This document shows, piece by piece, positions 38,124-49,623 of a stretch of 64,000 bases of DNA (positions within the stretch are counted from its first letter, which is position 1; the number at the start of each line of letters is the position of its first letter). This DNA is from Octopus sinensis (lineage: Eukaryota). Made by a program: the position numbers and the translations under genes. The notes beneath the pieces were generated by a model. The model had not been told where the DNA came from and made no database searches. It worked only from the letters and a program-made list of their open reading frames with translations. The stretch covers positions 43,028,001 through 43,092,000 of the forward strand of contig NC_043007.1 of NCBI RefSeq assembly GCF_006345805.1. Direction: 5' to 3'.

Positions 38124-39044
38124 CTATAAGTAAATAAATAAAAAATGAAAAATAGATTAATTACTTATATGAGAATGACAAGTTAATTACAGAACATAAT
38201 AGACAATAAAATTTCAAAGCTATTATGTATATAGTTTTTGTTTCTTTTTATAATTTTGTTTCAATTAAACTTTCCCTGAAAAAAAATTAACACTCAGTGA
38301 ATGTACATCATGATAAAAGAAGTAAAAATTCAAATTTGTACAGTAAATTTTTAAAATATGTACAAATATGACAAAAATATAGACAAACATAGACAATGTA
38401 ATTTAAGGGTGCATGAAGGGGTATGTGGCACAGAAATTCACTTCATAACCATTTGATTCTAGGTTCAATACCATTACACTGAGGACTATAACATCAGGCT
38501 GATCAATGCCTTGCACATAGAATCTGTCAACGGATGCTATACAAAAGAACATTGTGTATGTGCAAGTATTTAAATACATACATGCATAGACACACACACA
38601 CACGCAAACACACCCACACACACACACTACATTTTTCTTACAAATTCATAACAAGAGAATTGTAGTAAACTGAAACTATCCTTGTGCACGATTGGCATAT
38701 ATTTATTGACACCAATGACATAAAACTCAAACTTCAATCCATTAGGATTTGAATTCAGAATGCGTGTGGTTGTATGTGTATGTGTGTGTGTGAGAGAGAG
38801 GAGAGAGAGAGAACCAAGATAGCTGACTTGGCATATCACTCCAGCTGCGACTGAATAATTGTGTAGCTCTTTGCATGAAGTGACTGGTATTGTATTAACA
38901 GCACTCTACTATTAAAAGAAATAATTCATCTACCCATGTGGTGTTGATCATTCATTCTTTGTATGTTACTAACAACATACACACACGGATACACGCATAT
39001 ATATGTAGAGGCATATGGCTTAGCTTACAACTATGACAGAATAA

Positions 39045-39075
<31 letters not shown>

Positions 39076-39136
39076 GATAGATGTGGTTGGGAAGCAAATT
39101 TCTCAACCACACAAACATGCCTGCACTTCATATATA

Positions 39137-41473
39137 TCATCATCATCATCATCGTTTAGCGTCCGTTTTCCATGCTAGCATGGGTTGGACGGGTCAACTG
39201 GGGGTCTGTGAAGCTGGAAGGCTTCGTCAGGCCCAGTCAGATCTGGCAGTGTTTCTACGGCTGGATGCCCTTCCTAACGCCAACCACTCCGCGAGTGTAG
39301 TGGGTGTTTTTTACGTGCCACCTGCACAGGTGCCAGACAGAGCTGGCGAACGGCCACGAACGGATGGTGCTTTTACGTGTCACCGGCACAGGGCCAGGCG
39401 ATGCTGGCAACGGACACGAACGGATGGTGCTTTTACGTGCCACCGACACGGGGCCAGACAGAGCTGGCAACCAGCCACGAACGGACGGTGCTTTTACGTG
39501 TCACCGGCACGGGGGCCAGCCGAGGCTGGCAACGGACGCGAACGGATGGTGCTTTTACGTGCCACCGACACGGTTGCCAGACAGAGCTGGCAAACGGCCA
39601 CGAGCGGACGGTGCTTTTACGTGTCACCGGCACGGGGGCCAGCCGAGGCTGGCAACGGACACGGACGGATGGTGCTTTTACGTGCCACCGACACGGGGCC
39701 AGACAGAGCTGGCAAACGGCCACAAACGGATGGTGCTTTTACGTGTCACCGGCACGGGGGCCAGCCGAGGCTGGCAACGGACGCGAACAGATGGTGCTTT
39801 TACGTGCCACCGACACGGTTGCCAGACAGAGCTGGCAAACGGCCACGAGCGGACGGTGCTTTTACGTGTCACCGGCACGGGGGCCAGCCGAGGCTGGCAA
39901 TGGACACGGACGGATGGTGCTTTTACGTGCCACCGACACGGGGCCAGACAGAGCTGGCAAACGGCCACGAACGGACGGTGTTTTTACGTGTCACCGGCAC
40001 GGGGCCAGGCGAGGCTGGCAACGAACACGAACGGATGGTGCTTTTACGTGCCACCGACACGGGGCCAGGCAGAGCTGGCAAACGGCCATGAGCGAATGGT
40101 GCTTTTACGTATCACCGGCACGGGTGCCAGACGAGGCTGACAGCGAACACGAACAGATGGGTCACTTAACCCCTGCTTTCTGATATATGATTTGATTTTG
40201 ATTGTTCTCACTGGTCTTGCCGGGTCTTCTCACGCACAGCATACTTCCATAGGTCTCGGTCTCTGGTCATTTCCTTGGTGAGACCTAGAGTTCGAAGGTC
40301 GTGCTTCACCACCTCGACCCAGGTTTTCCTGGGTCTACCTCTTCCACAGGTCCCCTCAACTGCCAGGGTGTGGCACTTTTTCACACACCTATCTTCATCC
40401 ATTCTCACCACATGACCATACCAGCGCAGTCGTCTCTCTTGCACACAACATCTGATTCCTCTTAGGTCCAACTTTTCTCTCAAGGTACTTACACTCTGTC
40501 GACTATGAACACTGACATTACACATCCAACGGAGCATACTAGCTTCATTTCTCGCGAGCTTACGCATGTCCTCAGCAGTCACGGCCCATGTTTCACTGCC
40601 ATGTAGCATGGCTGTTCGTACACATGCATCATACAGTCTGCCTTTTACTCTGAGCGAGAGGCCTTTAGTCACCAACAGAGGTAAGAGCTCCCTAAACTTT
40701 GCCCAGGCTATTCTTACTCTAGCCATTACACTTTCAGCACACCCACCCCCACTACTGACTTGGTCACCAAGATAACGGAAGCTATCAACCACTTCTAGTT
40801 TTTCCCCCTGGAAAGTGACGGAAGTTGTTTTCTGCAGATTTTCAGAGGTTAATGCTCCCGAGCATCTGCCACATACAAAAACCATCTTCCTAATTAGCCT
40901 TCCTATGACATTGCTGCACCTCTTATGTGTCCATAGCTTACACTTGGTGCATCTTATAGAGTTTCTACCGACACCTTTTCTACAGATCGAGCAGGGCCAT
41001 CTACCTGAAGGCGTTTGTGATTTGTCTACCTTCCTACTTATTACGACTTTGTTTTAGCTAGGTTGACTCTAAGGCCCTTCGATTCTAAACCATGCTTCCA
41101 CACCTGAAACTTCTTCTCCAGTTCTGATAATGACTCAGCTATTAGAGCAAGGTCATCAGCATAGTGGAGCTCCCAGGGGCATCCTGTCTTGAATTCCTCC
41201 GTTATTGCCTGGAGGACTATGATAAATAGGAGGGGGCTGAGGACTGAGCCTTGGTGGACCCCTACCTCTACCCGGAATTCTTCACTGTACTCATTTCCAA
41301 CCCTCACCTTACTAGCAGCGTCCCTGTACATGGCTTGCACAGCTCTCACTAACCATTCTTCTATTCCTAGTTTCCTCATTGAGGGATCAGGGGACCCTGT
41401 CGAAGGCTTTCTCCATGTCAACAAAAGCCAGGTACAGGGCCTTATCTTTGGCTAGGTATTTCTCCTGCAGCTG
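39137..41473 (-). mobile_element. 5'-truncated RTE-clade LINE: RT (YADD), PHD-like insert, C-terminal domain, 3' UTR tandem array and (GAT)n tail
   Basis: ORFs 41041-41424 (GVHQGSVLSPLLF, YADD) and 40208-40885 (RLRWYGHVVRM, GRGRPRKTW). The tail ends in catcatcatc on the + strand. Confidence 0.93.
39304..40160. repeat. GC-rich tandem array, 14 units of about 60-63 bp, inside the RTE 3' UTR
   Basis: The anchor gtg(c/t)ttttacgt recurs at about 39304, 39367, 39427, 39488, 39549, 39611, 39672, 39733, 39794, 39856, 39917, 39978, 40038 and 40099. Confidence 0.97.
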
Positions 41474-43927
41474 CCTTACCAGGAATATAGCATCAGTGGT
41501 ACTATCAACATCATGATCCATTTTCCATGCTGACATGGGTTGGATGGTTTGACTGGAGCTGGCCATCCAGGGAGCTGTCCAGACTCCAAATTGTCTGTTG
41601 TGGCATGGTTTCTACAGCTGGATGCCCTACCTAATGCCAATCACTTTACAGAATGTGGTGGGTGCCTTTTACATGCCACTGGCACAAGTGCATTTAGAAA
41701 GCACCAGCATGAGTGCATTTTACATAGCACTGGCACCTGTAAAGGACAAGCCCAAATGAATGGATGACAACGATCTTACTTCTCACGTACCACAAATTAC
41801 CACAACTCCTGGAGACCCTTGACATTATGTGTGTGTATAACATATATATATATATAAATAATATGGGACTTTGAGTAGTGGCAATGTGAATTAAATTTCA
41901 CCAATTCCAGTTTGTTTCACACTTACTTCCTAGAATGATTCATAAATATTGATATATACTCTGCATACTATATATGCAATGTCATACAAAGTATATGTTA
42001 CAAAATATGAACAAGCAGAGATACAAAACCAACAATAGATAAATAAGTAATTACATAACACACAAAAATAAGTTACACACACACACATACACAATTACAT
42101 AGATACATACATACATGTGAGGAAAATTTAAACATTGAGAATGTGTATGGTTATATAGGTGTGTATGAGCATATGTATTTGTGATACAAACTAATATAGG
42201 GAAAATAAAAAATAATAGCAATCAAAACAGAAAATACAAAGTAATATTGAGAAAACAAACACAGAACCACAGACAATACATAGTTACATACACATGTGAA
42301 CAGAATATAGGAGTATGGGTATATGTGTATATATGTGTCTGTGTGTACACTGTCTTACACAGAGAAAAAGGCACAAAATAAAGACAAATACATATAGAGA
42401 TACATTAGAAGAGTAGGTACAAAAGCTGATTTTGTTGGAAAGGGAAGGAGGTAAATTTGATTCATGCAATCCCAATATATTATTGGCACTTATTGACCAC
42501 AGAGTCAATAAGTACCAATAAATGTTTTATCACACAATGATAACAAACTGATTAGGATATCAAGTCGGAAATGTGAAACTTCTAAACCACACACAGCAAA
42601 GACAGCCAACTTCATTAGAAGCCAAGAAGTCTCTACATCACTGATTAACCTGTTAGAAATAGCAACAAAATCCCCCACAAATTACACGTTACTGTCTTAA
42701 AAAAGGAAGTGCATTTTGGATAATGTAATCCTAGATGGATTGTCTAATGAAAAGATGGGATGATCATGGCTGGAATGCTTTTGATCACAGATCTATTTGA
42801 GCTAAGCAACAGCAACAATAGCAACAACAGCCATCTTTAAAGCTATTAGCCATTGTATGTCAGTGTCTGCAATGTGATCCTCAGCTAGACAGAAGCATGG
42901 TGTGTATGGAACAATGGATGTGCAGGTTGCACCTAGTTATTTAGACAAAGCCTCTGTTGCAAAGATTTCTACTCAATCAGAGCTGGCCTGGGGCTATACA
43001 CTAACAACAACAACAACAACAAAAACAACAGCAGCAGCAGCAGTATCTGCAACTATCTTTGTCCAACTTGCTACTATATGTATGATAATAATAATATCAA
43101 TGAATATTGATGACACAAGATATATTCTGGATAAGGCAACAACACACAAATACACAGGCATACTCACACACAGACTACATATATACATGTAATATAAACT
43201 AACAGAGAAGTAAGTACACACATACACACATATTCATACTCAGACACGGACAGAAACTCCACAAATACAGACACAAGTCATTTCATCAGAGTGAAATGGT
43301 TGGAATAGGAAGTGCTTTCATCGACAAACCATTACAATCAATCAGTGTAAAATAATCAATAACAAACATTAGAAGCTGGGTAGCCAGCAGCATATTGATT
43401 TATTACTATAGTGAGCTACAGTGATGCACATTCCATTACAGTGAAGCAGATGAGATCATTCACAATACACTTCAGAAAACTCACTACAGTGATATCTATT
43501 TATCTGTGCATGTATATGTGTGAGTGAGTGTGTGTATGTGTGTGTGTGTGTGTGTGTATCTATCTATCTATTTATCTATATCTATATCTATATATATATA
43601 TAAACACATACATATTTATACACACATACACTCTCACACATAGACATAAAAATATGTGTATGTGTGTGTAAATGTGTGCATGTGTATATAATACATATAC
43701 ATATATATATACACACATAAGTAAACATACATACATATATATATATATTTATACATATACATATATAATATATACAAATATATATATATATATACAAATA
43801 TATAATTTAGCTGTTCTGTTATCTAATATCCAGTGCAAAACCAATTGGTAAGATCGGGTATAATGGATCTATAATACTGTATACTTTGATTTATTTACAT
43901 ATATATATATATATATATATACATAGA

Positions 43928-44135
43928 TCATCATCATCATCATCGTTTAATGTCTGCTTTCCATGCTGGCATGGGTTGGACAATTTGTTTGAGGACTGAT
44001 GAACCAGATGGCTGCACCAAGCTCCAATCTTATTTGGCAAAGTTTCTACAGCTGGATGCCCTTCCTAACACCAACCACTCTGAGAGTGTAGCGCCACCGG
44101 CACGAAGTCCAGTCAGGCAGTTCTGGCAATGACAT
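43928..44135 (-). mobile_element. RTE 3' tail-only copy
   Basis: (CAT)n-cgtttaatgtctgctttccatgctggcatggg...ctacagctggatgcccttcctaac. Confidence 0.85.
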
Positions 44136-44565
44136 ATAAAGGCTGAAAGACATCTATTGAAAGGTTGACAAAGAACCAGTGGATGAGGAAAAGATTCCTT
44201 TTGGCTTTGTTCGCTGCCTCGATACACTGCCGTGTTGGTTTGAAAGTAGTATCAATCATTATCCCAACTTCCTTTTCTTCAGTGACCATCTTAAGATGTT
44301 GGTGTTTGGGGCCAATAGTCAAGGGAGAGTTTGGAGGTGAACATATTAGCATTTTGAGGCATTCAAGGGCAGATTCCATTCTTCTGCCCAAGATGTCGTC
44401 TGCAAATAGGAGGACTCTTCCAGCAAGAAAATCTGGCAAGTCGTTGATATAAAAAAGGAAAAATATTGGCCCCAGCACCGACCCCTGGGGAACGCTGCTG
44501 CAGGTATTCATTTCCACGGAGAGATCTCTATTTATCTGCACCTGAACATACAGACGCACCAACAC
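44135..44565 (-). mobile_element. CR1/L2/Jockey-group LINE reverse transcriptase fragment
   Basis: ORF 44113-44565 contains SSVPQGSVLGPIFFLFYINDLP and LFADD. Confidence 0.85.
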
Positions 44566-45049
44566 ACATACACATATGAAATATATATTTGTTCAACCTA
44601 ACATTTATATAAACCAATGTGCAATCTCGTTAGTTCTGTAACTGCATAACAACAGCAGAAACTCATTTATCACATATAAGAAAGACATGGAGATGCTGAG
44701 CTAAGAATCAGTCATTTTGATTTGCTTCATTAAATTACTTAGGCAGAGCAAACTATAGACAATTTATATGTGCCCTGACCCTAATCCCTACTTCCAATTC
44801 CCATAAAGCTTATCAAGATATGCTCCCTTGACAACTTGTACAAGCCTTATTTCTAACCACTTTCAAATATAAGTTACAAATATAACAAATAAAGGGTTTT
44901 CATTGAGTAGGTTAATAATTATTGATAGCAGTTCACTGGTAAATGAGATAAAAATAGAGCAAGTTATTTAAATGTGGAAACAACTAATTGTGCACGAGAA
45001 GCCTTCAAATGTCACTAGATGCAGAAAACAGATATGTATCAATTCACTC

Positions 45050-45900
45050 CATGGTAACCGTCTTCTTTCCTGTTAGCTCTCAAGCTTTAGCACCGTCACC
45101 ATCAATGTCAGCATGATGGAAGGAAAGTTAGAGAACATTGTCAAGATGCACCACATTCATGACTGGCATTTGAACAGAAGGACTGCTTGTGTGAAACCCT
45201 CTAACAGACTACTTTAATAATGAATAACAGTGACTTCATTATTATGGATGACTTTAATGGACATATTGGTCAGCATCCTGACGGCTTCTCTGGTATGCTT
45301 GGAAGCATTCAAATATGGTACAAGGAATGAGAAGGGATGAAGGCTCTTCCAATTGTGCAATACAAATGAGCTATTTACAATGCTAACTTCAAAAAAACTG
45401 ATCAGCCATTTGATTGCCTACTGATAAGGCAAGCACACAAACCAGATTGATTTTATACTCTACAGGAAACATGATAGATAAATGGTTGTGAATGCTACAT
45501 CTTTCATTAATGAATACAAATTAGTGATTAGTGACTTCAGAATAAGAAATAAACAGACTCAGAAACTGCATTTAATCTGGAAACTGAAAGAGCTCTTAGT
45601 CTGTGATAGATTCAGTGAAGTTCAAGTTGGTACAAATGAAAAGAAGAGAAAGGGTGAGATAGAAATTTATAAAATAGAGAACAGACAGGATTTTCCACTG
45701 GACAATCCACTGGGAGCTATAGACCAAAATTCACTGCATCACTATGTTTATTGTTCAGTAGACTAGGGGATTATTACTATGCTTAGAAACAGATGAGGGT
45801 TGGAAACAGAAAGGGCATCTGACTATATAAAATCTGCCTCAATAAATTCCATCGGACCCATGCAAGCATGAAAGAGTGGACGTTATTATGATGATGATGC
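45050..45900 (+). mobile_element. Internally deleted RTE-type LINE remnant (AP-endonuclease-like region plus 3' tail)
   Basis: Decayed translation resembles an RTE endonuclease (DFNGHIG, GxRNExG-x-RL). It is followed by ggacccatgcaagcatg...gacgtt and (ATG)n. Confidence 0.6.
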
Positions 45901-45970
45901 ACACACATACATATACATATGTACACATATATTTATCTAGCTAGCTATCACATGCATGCATGCACGCATG

Positions 45971-46002
<32 letters not shown>

Positions 46003-46187
46003 TACATACTGTCACTAAACGTTTTATATATCATGTAATACAAGTAGACACAGGCATCAAGGGTTCAAATGACAATTTTTTGTCTGTGCTACAGATCTTT
46101 TTAATTAATCTTCACTAATGTTATCAAGCAACAACAACAACAACAACAAAATGTAACAATAAGTTTGATGAGCAGAAAAAAACTTAC

Positions 46188-46300
46188 TTGTCTTCCAGAA
46201 TCATAGTGACTCGATTAGCACATTTGTAGTTGTCAAAAAGATGTCGGTAGTGGATGGCCACGCCTAAATCGCAGTCCCTACCCAAAGATAAGGTTGCCGT
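46188..46300 (-). CDS. CELSR: CELSR exon, LamG1 (TATLSLGRDCDLGVAIHYRHLFDNYKCANRVTMILEDK)
   Basis: tttctttcag acceptor, gtaagt donor, 113 nt, phase 0 to 2. Not in the ORF track. Confidence 0.92.
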
Positions 46301-46749
46301 CTGAAAGAAATAGTAAAATTAAAACACACATTGTTTATCTTGTCTTGATATTTTGTGTTTTACAATTATTATTTCATGATAAAAGAAACGATAAAAAAAA
46401 AGCCTTCCAAATGGATATAAAGTAACCTTTTCAGCCATGGATTCTTAATGTATTATTCTGAAGTGAGAGTAGCCTAGTGGATTCATGATTGCAAAATTGT
46501 GGATTCAATTCCAGGGTGGTGCATTGTTCTTGAACAAAACACTACATTGTTCTGCAATCACTTCAACATCTGATGTGTGCAACACCATGCACTTGTACTG
46601 GCAATGTTGGTTTAATTTGATCACAATAAACAAATCATCTGTGCAGGTTGTCCAACAAGAAATTGCAGAATTGTCTGTCTCAGACTTGAATTTAAATTAA
46701 ATTAAATTCTGCATGTACCTATTTTAAAGCCATCTATATATTCTGCATG

Positions 46750-47700
46750 CTGTATGAATTCTGAAGGAGCCCTTCAGCAATGATAGCAGTGAGAAATATT
46801 TGTTTTATCTATGGAAATGAGGCTTTAAGTGACTGGACATACCAATGATGGTTTGACCAGTTTCAACCAAGAAAATTTTCTCCTCAATCTAGAAGACTAA
46901 GTTCTGTCAATATTGAATTTATAAAAACTGTAGTCTAATAAAACCTCAATCAGACTGCATGAAAATTAACAGAACAGTTCAATTCAAGTCACACTTCAAT
47001 CATAAAACATGTTCATGAACTAGAAAAAAATGTCTAAACTTGGTCAGTGGATACATCATCATTTGACTGCTTCACAGCATGATCAAAGAGTTGCCCTCTG
47101 CTTGTCAATGAAGAGTAGACTTGCTATCAAAACTTTCTTGGGTAGAATCATCACAAGTGATGAAAAGTGGGTTCTGTGTATGATTATTTCCAACAAAAAT
47201 GACAATGGTTATCACTCAATGGAAAGGGGGAATCCATCACCAAATCAGGACTACACCCCAAAAAGTTTCTTCTGTGTTTGTTGGGACGTGAAGGATGTTG
47301 TCTACCATGAAGTGTTAAGCTAAAACAAAACACTTAATGGAGAGAAGTACTACCATCAATTGGAAGTATTGCACAAAATTTTCAGAACAAACACCCATCA
47401 TTGGTCAGTCATAAGGGTGTGTTGCTCTTACATGATAATACAAGATCATATATTGACCAAATCACCCAGGAACAGATTATGGCACTAAATATGGATATCT
47501 TTCCTCATTCACCTTATTCTCCTGATCTTGCTCCATCTATCAACTTTTCAGATCATTACAACATATTTAGAAGAAAAACAATCTATTAATTATGACAATA
47601 TTTAAAATCATATTGAGTGCTTCTTTGGTTTGACAACAATTTTATAACTTAAGGATCAATAATTTGCCAAAAAGATGAGCTTATGTTATCAATAACAAGG
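46750..47700 (+). mobile_element. Degenerate mariner (Tc1/mariner) transposase
   Basis: Fragments KLGQWIHHHL (WVPHEL-like), FLGRIITSDEKWVL, LLLHDN and HSPYSPDLAP, broken by frameshifts. Confidence 0.9.
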
Positions 47701-47724
47701 GGAGAATTAGCTTTATTCATCTTT

Positions 47725-48830
47725 ATTGTTTAATGTCTGTTTTCCATGCTGGCATGGGTTGGACAGTTTGACTGAGGACTGGCAAGCCAGGAGGCAGGAC
47801 TAGGTTCTAATCTGATATGGCAAGGTTTCTACAGCTGGCTGCCCTTCCTAACACCAACCACTTCGAGAATGTAGTGGGTGCTTTTTATGTACCACTGGTA
47901 TGGGGGCCAGTCAGGTAGCACTGGCATCAAACACACTTGAATGGTGTTTTTTCATACCACCAGCATGGGAGCCAGTCAGGTGGCACTGGCATTGACCACA
48001 CTCGAATGGTGCTTTTTACATGCCACTGGCATGGGTGCCCATCAGGTGGCACTGGTATCAGCCGCAGCTATGATTTCGCTTGACTCAACAGGTCTTCTTA
48101 AGCATAGCATATTGCCCAATGATTGAAGGGTACTTTAAAATGGGTCAGTTGTGCAACACTGGCATCGTCCATGGCTACAATCTCAATTGACTTGCTGAGT
48201 CCTCTCAATCACAGCATATCTCCAAAGGTCTCAGTCACTTGTCATTGCCTCTGTGAGGCCCAACGTTTGAAGGTCGTGCTTCACCACCTCATCCCATGTC
48301 TTCCTGTGTTGACCTCTTCCACAGGATCCTTCCACTGTTAGGGTGTGACACTTCTTCACACAGCTCTCCTCATCCATATGCAACATATGACCATACCAGC
48401 ACAGTCATCTCTTTTATACACCACATCTGATGCTTCATATGTCTAACTTTTCTCTGCTGTATATGCACACTGACATTAGAGATCCAGTGGAACATTTCTT
48501 TCAAGCTTACACATGTCCTCAGCAGTCACAGCCCATGTTTCACTGCCGTGTAGCATAGCTGTTCGCAAATATGCATCATACAGTCAATCTTTCACTCTGA
48601 GCAAAAGGCCCTTTGTTACCAGCAGAGGTAGGAGCTCCCTGAACTTTGTTCAGGCTATTCTTATTCTAGTAGCTATGCTCTCAGAGCATTCACCCCAACA
48701 ATTGATTTGGTTACCTAGGTAATGGAGGTTATCAACTACTTTTAGCTTTTCCTCCTGGCATGTGATGGAATCTGTTTTCTGTACATCTTCAGTGTTATTG
48801 CCCTTGTACTTCTGCCAAAGAAACATTTGT
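47725..48830 (-). mobile_element. Degenerate second RTE-clade LINE copy (C-terminal ORF remnant, 3' UTR with a few ~60-bp units, tail)
   Basis: Clear homology to 39137-40860, e.g. cagcagtcacagcccatgtttcactgcc and gaaggtcgtgcttcaccacctc, with many stops and indels. Confidence 0.88.
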
Positions 48831-49252
48831 TTCTTTCTCATCTTGAAATGCAACAGGACTTTCTTTCCAACCATATATATATATATAAATATTCTGAGAC
48901 CCCCTTTGGTCACAACACAGACCATGGGATTGCACCTAGAAAGTTATTCTCCCAGGCACAAGTCCGGGCAAGGTTGTTTATGGAAGACCAACAGCCATCC
49001 ATGCATACCGGCCTCCCCTCTGCATGCCACCAGTGTTATCCAAGGGAAAGGCAATGGCTGATACAGCTTGGCACCTGTGACGTTGCAACTCATTTCTACA
49101 GCTGAGTGAACTGGAGCAATGTGAAATAAAGTGTCTTGCTCAAGAACACAACACGCAGCCTGGTCCGGGATTCAAGCTCACAACTTCACAATCGTAAGCT
49201 CGACACTCTAACCACTGAGCTATGTGCCTTCAGATATATATGTGTATATATA

Positions 49253-49285
<33 letters not shown>

Positions 49286-49341
49286 CCCAGACACAATCAT
49301 ACATATTCAAAGCCAAATTGTGTTTGTGTATATGCATGTAG

Positions 49342-49377
<36 letters not shown>

Positions 49378-49418
49378 AAAGAGAAGCATGAGTGACAAAC
49401 ACTAGCAATAATACTGAC

Positions 49419-49623
49419 CCTATTGTGGTACTCCACAGTCACTTCATGCCATTTGCCATCACTTACACCACCATCAATTTCTGCCATCACGGATGTTTTG
49501 TTAGCACCAAGAGAGAAGGAAAACTGCACTTTGCTATTTACTATTTCCAGAGCAATGAAATCATGCTCGTCATTGAATCGGCTGTTGTAGAAGAGTAAAC
49601 CATTCTTTTCCAAAGTGCTGAAA
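49419..49623 (-). CDS. CELSR: CELSR exon, laminin-G 1 (FSTLEKNGLLFYNSRFNDEHDFIALE...GVSDGKWHEVTVEYHNR)
   Basis: tttcag acceptor, gtcagt donor, 205 nt, phase 2 to 0. Matches the CELSR LamG1 motif NGLLxYNxRFNxxHDFIALE. Confidence 0.95.

Larger units (their letters stand above)
344..49623 (-). other. CELSR: Partial Flamingo/CELSR (starry night) adhesion GPCR gene: 23 coding exons in window, both ends outside the window
   Basis: Hand-spliced exons all have AG acceptors and GT donors with matching phases and no internal stop. Domain order LamG-EGF-LamG-EGF-EGF_lam-HormR-GAIN-GPS-7TM is diagnostic of CELSR/Flamingo. Confidence 0.97.

Noticed and set aside
39304-40160. CRISPR array interpretation of the 61-bp repeats
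   Set aside because: There are no unique spacers, the whole unit repeats, no cas genes are present, and it sits in a eukaryotic LINE 3' UTR.
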